A stretch of 50,101 bases of DNA from positions 1-50,101 of IMG/VR virus record IMGVR_UViG_3300033143_002021. One strand, given 5' to 3'. Of the stretch, positions 22,338-31,346 are shown piece after piece; the first letter of the stretch is position 1, and each line of letters opens with the position of its first letter. Both the position numbers and the translations under genes were made by a program. The notes under the pieces were generated by a model. It was not told the DNA's origin. It was given only the letters and a program-made list of their open reading frames with translations, and made no database searches. The stretch is from a virus (taxonomy: Duplodnaviria > Caudoviricetes).

Positions 22338-22658
22338 ATGCCAGCACCAATAGCATTACAAAAAGTAAGCGTAGCACCTGATAAGTATTATTCCATTAAG
22401 GGTGGTATTAAAACCGAGATAACTGAAAAAGAATACAACTCTCCAATAGTAGGAAGCGAGATACGATCTAAAGGTATAGCTTTCGACACTCCAACGGGGA
22501 AACTTTCTGATGGTCAACACGCTACTCAAGAAAATGGTTTCCACTGGGTGAAAATAGCAGGTTATGAAGTTATAAAAATAGACCCAAGCATGGTGGCGAA
22601 AAGTAAAACAACACCAGCAGGTTTAAATAAAATATTATTAGATTCGGAGGTTAAATAA
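22338..22658 (+). CDS. Hypothetical protein in the fibre operon
   Basis: ORF tightly coupled on both sides. Confidence 0.7.
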   Translation: MPAPIALQKVSVAPDKYYSIKGGIKTEITEKEYNSPIVGSEIRSKGIAFDTPTGKLSDGQHATQENGFHWVKIAGYEVIKIDPSMVAKSKTTPAGLNKILLDSEVK

Positions 22659-24265
22659 TGGCAATTTCCCTGGGTGCCACAATTAGTAATGCAGACGATA
22701 CCACTACAGCAACACTAAGTGCTAATCATACGACTGACGCAAATACAAAAGCATTAGTAGTTGTTGTTAAAGGATATGATTCATCTGATGCTGACTCGGC
22801 AATTAAGAGTTTAACTTTTAATGCTGAACCCCTTATTGAAGCCGAATATTATAGGAACACAGGAGATGGTGATGATGCTTTTGTTGCGGTATATTATCAA
22901 TTAAATCCAGCCATTACGTTATACGGTGTTGTTCTTACAATGGAAGGGTCTTGTACTGACCTTTCTTGGGATGCGGTCAATTTAGTAACTGATGCTTCTG
23001 CAGATACGATAATTTTAGACAGTACAAATGCTGGTAGTACAGGAGCAACAACTACTCATACTGTAACAGTTGACCCAGCCGAAACTGACTCAATATGTAT
23101 AGGTGGGATTGTCAACAAAGATTCCTCAGTTAATGACCTTGCGGTTACCACAGGAAATGAACTTGCAGGAAGTGAAGTTGATTTTGGACAACAGACATCT
23201 GGGTCTGCTTGGGTTCTTGAACAAACTGCTCCAACTGGTGAAGCTACAATAGTTTGGGAAAAAACAACATCAGATGACAGTTGGGCTTGTTCTGCTACTT
23301 TCTATGAACAGTTTTATCCTACTGTGGCTTTAAATACTCCTGGTGATACAGCAGAAATATCAGATACTACTCCAGATTTACTATTTACAGGAACGGATGA
23401 TGATGATGATGAAATTGAATATCAACTACAGGTAGATACTGTTGATACTTTTGATAGTGGTGGCTATAGCTATGGTAGTAACACAACAATAGACTCTTAT
23501 AGTGAATCAAATCAAAATGATTATAAAAATGGTGGAAAAGATTACCTAGATTATGTTGGACAAGCCATTCCAGCCATAAGTGGTCTTTATAGGCTCAATG
23601 ATGTCAAATTTTATTTAAATAGTTTTTATGATACTTCTGCTACGGGAAATATCTATGCCAAAATATATGCGGTTACGGGAACTCCTGGAACTGATGGTAA
23701 AGCAACAGGGTCTGTTTTGGCAACTTCGGATGCCATAGATGCAAATACACTTACAGATTCGTATACATTGATTACGTTTACTTTTTCTGGGGCTCAACAA
23801 ATTAATATCGGAGATAATATTGCTTATGCAATAATGTTAGATTTTTCTGGTGTTACTGGTGATTCCACGCTTGGTCCAATTCTGGTTGGTACAGACTCGT
23901 CTTCTCCTGAACATAGTGGAAATTTGTTCGATGGAATACAAATTAGTAATTTGTACCCAGATGCAGGAGAGGATGCTTGTTTTTATATTAATGGTGAACC
24001 AATGACTAGTGTCCCCCTCCTCGACAAACTCTCAGAAACCCCAGATGACACCTTTTCAGGTACAGGTGATCCCCATCCTTGGGCTTCAGACAACCAAATA
24101 ACCTATACAGTTCAAGGAGCAGATGAATTAACCGCACCAGATACTTATTACTGGAGAGTAAGAGGAAAAGACCCTGGTGGAAGTGATACTTTTGGAGATT
24201 GGAGTGATACATATAGTTTTGATTTGACGACTGGTGTAACTAGAAGGGTATTTATTACAACTTAA
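22658..24265 (+). CDS. Acidic T/D-rich beta-sandwich virion surface protein with Fn3/Ig-like elements
   Basis: DTTPDLLFTGTD...YQLQVDT..TFDS; TYYWRVRGKD...GDWS. Confidence 0.65.
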   Translation: MAISLGATISNADDTTTATLSANHTTDANTKALVVVVKGYDSSDADSAIKSLTFNAEPLIEAEYYRNTGDGDDAFVAVYYQLNPAITLYGVVLTMEGSCTDLSWDAVNLVTDASADTIILDSTNAGSTGATTTHTVTVDPAETDSICIGGIVNKDSSVNDLAVTTGNELAGSEVDFGQQTSGSAWVLEQTAPTGEATIVWEKTTSDDSWACSATFYEQFYPTVALNTPGDTAEISDTTPDLLFTGTDDDDDEIEYQLQVDTVDTFDSGGYSYGSNTTIDSYSESNQNDYKNGGKDYLDYVGQAIPAISGLYRLNDVKFYLNSFYDTSATGNIYAKIYAVTGTPGTDGKATGSVLATSDAIDANTLTDSYTLITFTFSGAQQINIGDNIAYAIMLDFSGVTGDSTLGPILVGTDSSSPEHSGNLFDGIQISNLYPDAGEDACFYINGEPMTSVPLLDKLSETPDDTFSGTGDPHPWASDNQITYTVQGADELTAPDTYYWRVRGKDPGGSDTFGDWSDTYSFDLTTGVTRRVFITT

Positions 24266-24267
24266 TT

Positions 24268-25023
24268 ATGGCAAACTTTAGTATAGAAGATTTTGAAGAT
24301 AATGGTTACAACGATTTAACCAATTCTGGGGTAAATGCTGTAACAGATACTCCCTTTGCTGGTAGTGATTATGCAGCAGATTTTGATGGTAGTAGTTATT
24401 TAAAAATAGATGATGGTGACCAGACAGGATTAGATTTAGGAGCGACATTTACCTTAGAAGCTTGGGTAAGTCCTGCAACATTACCTGTAGATACTACTTA
24501 CTTTACAATTATTGCTAAAGAGAATCCGAATGTTACAGCCCAAAGGGGTTTGCATTGGACAATATTTAATCGTGGTGCTGGAGTGATAGTAGAAGCCTTG
24601 ATATCAGATGGTGACAATCATTATGATTATTACCAATGGGATGTAGATGCAATTCTATCTGAAGATACCTGGACACATCTAGCTCTTACTTGTGAAACTT
24701 CTCAGCCATCTGCTACTACATTTGAGTTGTTTTCAGATGGTTCAAGTTTAGGAAATGGGTCAGCACTTATTTCTAATAATGTTTCATTAAACAATAACAC
24801 TGAGGCATTTATAATTGGTGCTAGGAATAGTAACTCTGGGATTACAGATTTTTATGATGGGATTATGGATGGAGTTAGGGTTTGGAATGACATTAGAACA
24901 GAATCAGAAATAGACGACAACAAAGGAATCAAACTTACAGGCAGTGAAGATGGTTTGGTTGCGTATTATCCATTTGAATCAGAAACTTATACTTCAATTC
25001 TTCCTGCATTTAAAAGATCATAA
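24268..25023 (+). CDS. LamG/concanavalin A-like lectin domain protein
   Basis: FDGSSY, FTLEAWV, WTHLALT, IGA, YDGIMDGVRVWN..RTESEI, LVAYYPF. Confidence 0.88.
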   Translation: MANFSIEDFEDNGYNDLTNSGVNAVTDTPFAGSDYAADFDGSSYLKIDDGDQTGLDLGATFTLEAWVSPATLPVDTTYFTIIAKENPNVTAQRGLHWTIFNRGAGVIVEALISDGDNHYDYYQWDVDAILSEDTWTHLALTCETSQPSATTFELFSDGSSLGNGSALISNNVSLNNNTEAFIIGARNSNSGITDFYDGIMDGVRVWNDIRTESEIDDNKGIKLTGSEDGLVAYYPFESETYTSILPAFKRS

Positions 25024-25052
25024 TTGACACATATCTAACGATTTGCTATATT
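25024..25052 (+). promoter_or_regulatory. Sigma70 promoter TTGACA-N17-TATATT (glycan cluster II), leaderless
   Basis: ATG 5 nt downstream at 25058; near-identical to 44637-44665. Confidence 0.8.
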
Positions 25053-25057
25053 GATAT

Positions 25058-25639
25058 ATGACCTGGAAAAAGGCTCAGGCTTGGGAAGAAAATTGGTGGG
25101 GAAATTGTGTAAATACCTTCAACGAAGAAAAGAAACAACTGATATATGCTCAAAGGATGGGATTGAAAACCTCACCCAATCCTAAAACTCCATACAGATT
25201 TGATTTAAAAGGTAAGTCTATTTTAGATATTGGTTCGGGACCATGTTCTCTTTTGCTTAAGTGTGAGAATTTCAAACAAAGTTATGCTATTGATCCTTTA
25301 ATGAATAAATATCCTGAATGGGTTAGAGAAAGATATAATAGTATTGGGCTTGTTTGTAATGATGAGAAAGGTGAGGATGTGGATGATTACCCTAAAGTTG
25401 ATGAAGTTTGGATTTATAATGTTTTAGAACACGTTGATAGTCCTAAAAAGGTTATTGAAAATGCCAAAAAGGTTGGAAAGATAATTCGTCTTTTTGAGTG
25501 GATAAATACCAAAAAGAACCCAGGACACCCCCATTCTTTAAAAGAAAAGAAGTTAGACAAGTGGTTGGGTGGAACAGGTAAGACAGAAGATATGAGTTCA
25601 AATGGTTTGTTTGGAACTGCCTACTATGGAATTTTCTAA
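25058..25639 (+). CDS. Class I SAM-dependent methyltransferase
   Basis: ILDIGSGP, AIDPL, YNVLEHV. Confidence 0.87.
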   Translation: MTWKKAQAWEENWWGNCVNTFNEEKKQLIYAQRMGLKTSPNPKTPYRFDLKGKSILDIGSGPCSLLLKCENFKQSYAIDPLMNKYPEWVRERYNSIGLVCNDEKGEDVDDYPKVDEVWIYNVLEHVDSPKKVIENAKKVGKIIRLFEWINTKKNPGHPHSLKEKKLDKWLGGTGKTEDMSSNGLFGTAYYGIF

Positions 25640-25640
25640 A

Positions 25641-26129
25641 ATGACAAACACAAGTCCAAAGACTTTTGTCGTATTAGGTTCTAAACGTGGTGGAACTTCT
25701 TTTGTGGCTCAAGCATTAGGAAGTGCAGGAGTAAAGTTTGACGTTTGTGGTAATGGACACAATGAAGATTTAGACTTTGTTCAGTTAAATGACAAGATTT
25801 TAAAGTTTGCTGGTGGGGATTGGAACAATATCCCAAGTGATGAAAAAATAGCCCATGCAGTTGATCATTATAAACACCAAGTAAAGACCTTGTTGAAACG
25901 AAAGAAAATCCAAATGTGGGGTTGGAAAGACCCACGACAGTCTGCAACCATTAAACACTTTTTACCTTACTTGGAAGATGATGTTTACTTGGTTTGTGTA
26001 TTCAGGAAAAAGGAACTTGTTGCTCAAAGTATCAAAACAATATGGGGAAAACCTTTAGCGAAAGGTCGAAAGATTGTAGACAGTTACTATGAGAGGCTAA
26101 TTGATGCCATAAAGGAGTTTACAAAATGA
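25641..26129 (+). CDS. PAPS-dependent sulfotransferase
   Basis: VVLGSKRGGTS (5'-PSB loop), WGWKDPR, VCVFR....VAQS. Confidence 0.82.
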   Translation: MTNTSPKTFVVLGSKRGGTSFVAQALGSAGVKFDVCGNGHNEDLDFVQLNDKILKFAGGDWNNIPSDEKIAHAVDHYKHQVKTLLKRKKIQMWGWKDPRQSATIKHFLPYLEDDVYLVCVFRKKELVAQSIKTIWGKPLAKGRKIVDSYYERLIDAIKEFTK

Positions 26130-27268
26130 GATTTCACTATATTGCCATGCCTCACCTTCCGGTAACTAAGGAATATATTTCTTGTGCTTTTACACAAAAG
26201 ATTCACAAGCTAACACGAATGTTGCTGGATAAAGGTCACAAGGTCTTTTTGTATGGGGTTGACCATACAGACATTAAACACAAGAACCTGGAATTTATAC
26301 CTACAGTAAATTTGGAGGACATAAGAAAAGAGTGGGGGGATGGTGATAACAGGTTTGAATTAGGATATGACTGGAAGAATGGAGATTTTAGACACGATTT
26401 GAATAAAAAGAAAACCGAGTGTCATTTTAAATTCAGACAACGGGCAGTTAAGGAAATCAGGAAACGAAAGAAAGATGATGATTTCCTTCTTTTAAGTCAG
26501 GGATATTACCATAAAAATATAGCTGATGATGTTAAGTTGTTTTTGACTTGTGAACCTGGTATTGGATATCGTGGAAGTTATGCAAAATTTAGAGCCTTTG
26601 AGAGTGCCTATATTCAAAACTTCACTTATGGCTCAGAACACCCAAGACAGTCAATCAACGGCAACTATTACGATAGGGTGATTCCAAACTACTTTGACTT
26701 AGATGATTTCAAGTTTAGCAACAAGCCCGACAATTACCTCTTTTATATAGGAAGAATGATTAAAAGGAAGGGTTTAGCGACAGCCTTAATGGTTGCTCAA
26801 CATCTTGATAAGAAACTCATATTAGCTGGTCAAGATTCTGGTGATTGGAGAAAAATTGGAGTTGAATACAAGAAAGCTGAATTTATCGGAACTGTGGGAG
26901 TTGATGAGCGGAAGAAACTCTTGTCTAAAGCCATGGTTACGTTTCTACCGACACTTTACCTTGAACCCTTTGGTGGGACATCAGTTGAGTCCATGCTAAG
27001 CGGTACTCCTGCTATAACAACAAACTTTGGTGTATTTCCTGAAACTATTAGAAATGGAGTTGGTGGATATAGGTGTGATACTTTAAACGACTTTGTTGTG
27101 AATACCAGGAAAGCCTTTCAACTAGACAGAAAGAAAGTGAGAAGATATGCTGTTAGTAGATACTCAATGGAAGCGGTGAATGAGTTGTACGAAAAGTGGT
27201 GGAAGGACTTATACCAAGTATATTTAAGTACAAAAAGTGATGTTAAAGGTTGGCATTTGATAAAATGA
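26126..27268 (+). CDS. GT4-family glycosyltransferase
   Basis: VIPNYFD, YIGRMIKRKG, PTLYLEPFGGTSVESMLSGTPAITTNFG. Confidence 0.9.
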   Translation: MRFHYIAMPHLPVTKEYISCAFTQKIHKLTRMLLDKGHKVFLYGVDHTDIKHKNLEFIPTVNLEDIRKEWGDGDNRFELGYDWKNGDFRHDLNKKKTECHFKFRQRAVKEIRKRKKDDDFLLLSQGYYHKNIADDVKLFLTCEPGIGYRGSYAKFRAFESAYIQNFTYGSEHPRQSINGNYYDRVIPNYFDLDDFKFSNKPDNYLFYIGRMIKRKGLATALMVAQHLDKKLILAGQDSGDWRKIGVEYKKAEFIGTVGVDERKKLLSKAMVTFLPTLYLEPFGGTSVESMLSGTPAITTNFGVFPETIRNGVGGYRCDTLNDFVVNTRKAFQLDRKKVRRYAVSRYSMEAVNELYEKWWKDLYQVYLSTKSDVKGWHLIK

Positions 27269-27663
27269 TAAAAAGAGTTAGGGATAAAATTCAGAACTAT
27301 AAACCTCAAGGTAAAGTTTCTGCTGATGACTGGGCTGATATTGAAAACCGGTTTAAGCGAGCCAAAAGATTCTTTTCAGATGAAAACCCTATATATATTA
27401 TTCTTCAAGAGAGTTTAAAAACAGCAGAGGATATGATTCTTGAGAACAGGATTCGTGAAGTTAGAGAAATTTCCACAATAGCTAAGGGATTCAGAAAGAT
27501 CTTTATAACACCAAAAAAGATTCAGGATGACGAATTGGTTGGTCAAATTAAGTTTATTCGTGGTTTGTTATTAGAAATTCAATCGTGGATAGATAGGCAT
27601 AATGAGATTGAACAAAAAGAGGCAGAGGATAAGGTTATAATCGAAAGAGATGAAAAAAAGTGA
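27265..27663 (+). CDS. Hypothetical protein
   Basis: ORF; ATGA overlap at 27265. Confidence 0.7.
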   Translation: MIKRVRDKIQNYKPQGKVSADDWADIENRFKRAKRFFSDENPIYIILQESLKTAEDMILENRIREVREISTIAKGFRKIFITPKKIQDDELVGQIKFIRGLLLEIQSWIDRHNEIEQKEAEDKVIIERDEKK

Positions 27664-27967
27664 TTTTCCTCATAAGTTAGGCAAGTGGATAACAAAAGAG
27701 ATTCCTGTTGAAAAGATTGATATTGATCCAGAAACAGGTGTGGCTTCTAAGGCAACCCATATAGAAAAGTTAAAGGTTAAATATATGGATGTTCCTAGAA
27801 AGAAACACAGGTGCAAAGAAGGAGAGCATATCTTCCGTGTATTAGACAAATCAAGGTATATCTTTGGTTGTAAAAGGTGTCAATATTCTCGCCAAGTTTA
27901 CCCTGGTGTATATAGATTAACCTCAAAAGGACACTTGATTCATGTTGAGACAAACAAGCGTATTTAG
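27650..27967 (+). CDS. Hypothetical zinc-finger protein
   Basis: C-x4-H ... CxxC. Confidence 0.65.
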   Translation: MKKSDFPHKLGKWITKEIPVEKIDIDPETGVASKATHIEKLKVKYMDVPRKKHRCKEGEHIFRVLDKSRYIFGCKRCQYSRQVYPGVYRLTSKGHLIHVETNKRI

Positions 27968-27980
27968 TAGCTTCACAGGT

Positions 27981-28013
27981 TTACACTTCAAATAAATTAC
28001 ATATAAACTTAAA
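27981..28013 (+). promoter_or_regulatory. Late promoter TTACAC-N17-TAAACTTAAA (scaffold/capsid)
   Basis: Matches the late consensus. Confidence 0.65.
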
Positions 28014-28107
28014 TTAAGTCAGAAAGGTTATCCCTTTCAGGCAAAACTTCGGGGTGCGAGCCTCGTTAAAAACATCGTTAGGTTATGCAGGAAAGGTGGT
28101 GATAATT

Positions 28108-29007
28108 ATGACGGATAATGATACATCTGATAGAGAGTTCGGTGAAGAAACCGAAGTCGAGTCAGATGACGTACTAGAATCTGATAAGGAAGAACTTGAG
28201 GATAATCAGGAAGAAGAAACCAAAGAGCCTGAAGAAACTAAAGAAGTTGAACCGGAAGAAAAATCCGAGGATGCTGAAGAAACCAAGTCAGAAACAAAGC
28301 TAACAGAGAAGGGAACAAAACTTGATCCCAACCCTCAATCAGCAGTACATCAACAACTAGCAAACGAAAAAGCCAAAAGTCAGCAGTATGAGAAAGTCTT
28401 GAGGAATCCTCAATTGCTTTCCCAATACATGAAAACCCAGTTTAAGGGAACTCCTGAAAAGGAACAACCAAAAACTGAGGCAAAAGAATATAAGGCTGAT
28501 GATTTTGAGAAACTTAGTGATGTCGCCAACGTGGTGAACACACTTCAGAAGAACTTTGCCGATAAGACAAAGTCATCTGAAGAAAAAATCACTGAACTAA
28601 AAAATACCATTTCTACAATAGTAGGACAGGGACAAAGGCAACAAGTTGCTAGCAATATAGAACGGGACATTGGAACTATCTCCAAACTTCCTGAATTTGA
28701 CTCTAAAAGTCCTGATTATGTAAAAGGACTACAAGAACAAATAACAAAGAGGTTTAAGGAGTTAGATTTTGACGAAAATACAAAACTTTTTAGAGGACAG
28801 CACTCTATTGCTCAGATAGCGAAAGACGCTATTAGTAATATCAATTTGGGCAAGAAGGCAGGTTCTTTAAAGACACAGACTATAGTTAAAAACAAGTCTG
28901 CTGGAAAAGTCAAAGTTAGCCCGAAAGTTGATGAAGATACTGGTGATAAAGAACTTTCTCCAGGGGAATCAATCGCCAAGGGTATTAAAAAACTTAGACT
29001 TAGGTGA
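28108..29007 (+). CDS. Capsid scaffolding protein
   Basis: Very acidic N-terminus, coiled coil, basic C-terminus; immediately upstream of the capsid gene; AGGTGGTGA RBS. Confidence 0.75.
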   Translation: MTDNDTSDREFGEETEVESDDVLESDKEELEDNQEEETKEPEETKEVEPEEKSEDAEETKSETKLTEKGTKLDPNPQSAVHQQLANEKAKSQQYEKVLRNPQLLSQYMKTQFKGTPEKEQPKTEAKEYKADDFEKLSDVANVVNTLQKNFADKTKSSEEKITELKNTISTIVGQGQRQQVASNIERDIGTISKLPEFDSKSPDYVKGLQEQITKRFKELDFDENTKLFRGQHSIAQIAKDAISNINLGKKAGSLKTQTIVKNKSAGKVKVSPKVDEDTGDKELSPGESIAKGIKKLRLR

Positions 29008-29108
29008 TTTCTATTGGAGGAAGAAAAATGAATATAACTAAATTGCCATTCAAAGAACAAAGTGACTTTATTGCACTCTTTGAATAGGAAGAATTGGGGT
29101 GACTAAAT

Positions 29109-30260
29109 ATGGGTGTTAATTACGGACAAGGTTCGACTCTAACCGCTACAGACAAGGAACTATATCTTAATATCGAAAAAGAGATTAAGAAATATCCGAC
29201 TCCAAGAATTGAGTTGGTTAAGAGAATCGGAACTTTTAAACAAGCAGTTAAATCTCACAAAGTTGAGTGGTCGTTGCGTGACAACAGGGCAGTTACAGCA
29301 GTTGTAGCAGAAGGTACTACGGATAGTGGTGCAGTTATTACTGTAGATACTCCTGGTGTGTTTAACGTGGATGACTTAATGGAAACCGCCTCTGGCGAGC
29401 AACTTAAAGTTGTTGGTGTTATTGGTGGTGTTCAGATTCAGTTTAGTAGATGGGCTGGTGATGCGGCTGAAATCGCAGGTGCTAGCACAGTAAAGCGAAT
29501 TGGTATGGTTACCGCACAAGGTAAAGATGCTGATACGATGATTACGACTGGTTACGAAGATCTTTATAACTACACTTCCATTTTGGAAGATGTTGTAGAT
29601 CTTTCTGGTACAGAAAACGAAGCTCTCATTAGAGGGAAAGAGGATTCTGGTCAACTAATCGCCAGAAAACAGCGAGAATTGGCTGAGGTTTTGCAATCTC
29701 AACTCGTTCTTGGTATTCGTGCCAAAGATGATGCTACCAAGACAACTTCAATGGGAGGTATAAAGTATATGATAGATACTTATGCTTCTGGAAATGTTGT
29801 TGACTTTGGTGGATCAGCAACTTGGTCTGCTACTGGAGATGATGGTCCTATGGGCAAATTGGACAACGCGCTTGATCTATTGAGTGCGAAGGTTTTTGAT
29901 AAACCAACTCTTTATGTAGGTGGTGGATTTATGCGAAAATTCAAATACTTGTTCTCAGATTTGATTAGAACAAATCAAAAGAACGACACAAGAGGTATTG
30001 GAAAAGTAGGTACATATCTTTCACATTTGTACGGCAAAATTGATGTTGTCTTAATTCAGGAAAGAACTGGATGGATGGATGACTTGGTTTTGGCTGTTGA
30101 CGAAAGTGATATTGGCTACAAACCTGAGAGAAATCGAGGGTGGCATACATATCCGCTTGCCAGACTAGGAGATTCGTTCAGATGGCAGGTGTTAGGTGAA
30201 TACACATTTAAAATGGGTAATCCAAACGCACACTGTTATATGCACAATTTGGGAGTCTAG
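29109..30260 (+). CDS. Major capsid protein (SU10/DUF5309-like, HK97 fold) with an inserted domain
   Basis: SHKVEW, YNYTSILEDVVDLSGT, SMGGI, LARLGDS....VLGEYTF...NPNAH. Confidence 0.88.
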   Translation: MGVNYGQGSTLTATDKELYLNIEKEIKKYPTPRIELVKRIGTFKQAVKSHKVEWSLRDNRAVTAVVAEGTTDSGAVITVDTPGVFNVDDLMETASGEQLKVVGVIGGVQIQFSRWAGDAAEIAGASTVKRIGMVTAQGKDADTMITTGYEDLYNYTSILEDVVDLSGTENEALIRGKEDSGQLIARKQRELAEVLQSQLVLGIRAKDDATKTTSMGGIKYMIDTYASGNVVDFGGSATWSATGDDGPMGKLDNALDLLSAKVFDKPTLYVGGGFMRKFKYLFSDLIRTNQKNDTRGIGKVGTYLSHLYGKIDVVLIQERTGWMDDLVLAVDESDIGYKPERNRGWHTYPLARLGDSFRWQVLGEYTFKMGNPNAHCYMHNLGV

Positions 30261-30280
30261 TTAAACACTAGTTCCAGCAC

Positions 30281-30304
30281 AGAGCCTCTTTCGAGAGGTT
30301 CTTT
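30281..30304 (+). terminator. Hairpin after the capsid gene (AGAGCCTCT-TTCG-AGAGGTTCT)
   Basis: 9-bp stem with a TTCG loop; only a short U tract. Confidence 0.6.
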
Positions 30305-30316
30305 GCGTGGGGGGGG

Positions 30317-30349
30317 TTACATTCTGTGTGTAATCAATACATACTTAAA
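30317..30349 (+). promoter_or_regulatory. Late promoter TTACAT-N17-CATACTTAAA
   Basis: Matches the late consensus. Confidence 0.65.
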
Positions 30350-30370
30350 ATAGGATTGAGGTGATTATTT

Positions 30371-30538
30371 ATGGCTACAAAAACAGCTACAGCAAGGACA
30401 GTTTTCGTATTAGGTAGAGAAGTTGACGGAAACAGAGAGGCTTATGTCGTAGAAAGTGCAGAGGAATATTCTGTTGATATAGGAACTATGGTGACTTACA
30501 CAGATCAAACAGCTAGTTTCCCATACGCAATTACCTAA
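30371..30538 (+). CDS. 55-aa probable capsid decoration/cement protein
   Basis: Manual translation MATKTATARTVFVLGREVDG...FPYAIT*; GAGGTGA RBS; own promoter and terminator. Confidence 0.7.
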   Translation: MATKTATARTVFVLGREVDGNREAYVVESAEEYSVDIGTMVTYTDQTASFPYAIT

Positions 30539-30556
30539 TAATAGGTTGACGGACAG

Positions 30557-30592
30557 AAAAGAGGAGGGTGATGTAAATTACCCTCTCTTTTT
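30557..30592 (+). terminator. Rho-independent terminator
   Basis: AAAAGAGGAGGGTGAT...ATTACCCTCTCTTTTT. Confidence 0.75.
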
Positions 30593-30593
30593 A

Positions 30594-30626
30594 TTACAAG
30601 GAAAGTGGTTCTAGGTTATACTTAAA
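30594..30626 (+). promoter_or_regulatory. Late promoter TTACAA-N17-TATACTTAAA
   Basis: Consensus copy upstream of 30632. Confidence 0.78.
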
Positions 30627-30631
30627 TTAAG

Positions 30632-31345
30632 ATGGCTTTGACAAACACGACCCAGTTTATAGGCACTGTAGGAGAAGTTATGACCTATATGGCTAATTTC
30701 GCTGGTGGTACAGTCCCAAATGTAGATTCAGATGAATACGCACAATGGCTTTCTTACATCCAAACAAAATATGAGGAGGCTTCTAAGAGGGGATTTTGGA
30801 GAAGGCTATTAACCAAAGACGAATTAACTCTTACTGTAGGTGACACTGAAGTTTACTTGCCAGTTAGATTCCAAAGGTCAAATTCTCTTTATGTATTAGT
30901 ACATGGTGAGGTTGATTTAGCAGATCCAGACAGAGTTCCTGATGACCAAGAAATCTATGTTGAAATGGAGAATGATCCTACTCATGAGAATTTTGGTAGA
31001 TGGAAAGTGTCTTTTAAGGAAGCAATAGAAACTACAGAAGATTGTCTTTTGTGGTATTTTGCTACACCACCTAAACCTTCAGCTTCAGCAGATAAGATAC
31101 TTTTACCAGGAGATATGCTTGCTTATGGTGCTTTGAGTGAATACTACAGAACAGCTAATTTACCTGGTTCACAAGACGATGCAAGAGTAGAATACGAAAA
31201 TCGTTTTAATGGGTATCTTGCTATGGAGCAAGTACCAGGAAGGCATGAACTCTTGAAGTTTGTCAGTAACCCAAGAAGCCTTGATAAACTTAGGGTTGCG
31301 AGAGACAGATACGCAGTAAGAACTGATAGATCAGCTAGAATATGA
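30632..31345 (+). CDS. Head-tail adaptor / tail tubular protein A-like
   Basis: Position and size; W...L, WYFATP, LAYGALSEYY pattern. Confidence 0.65.
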   Translation: MALTNTTQFIGTVGEVMTYMANFAGGTVPNVDSDEYAQWLSYIQTKYEEASKRGFWRRLLTKDELTLTVGDTEVYLPVRFQRSNSLYVLVHGEVDLADPDRVPDDQEIYVEMENDPTHENFGRWKVSFKEAIETTEDCLLWYFATPPKPSASADKILLPGDMLAYGALSEYYRTANLPGSQDDARVEYENRFNGYLAMEQVPGRHELLKFVSNPRSLDKLRVARDRYAVRTDRSARI

Positions 31346-31346
31346 T

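Noticed and set aside
29028-29111. Stop read-through producing an N-terminally extended capsid protein
   Set aside because: Two in-frame stops (TAG, TGA) lie between the uORF start and the capsid ATG
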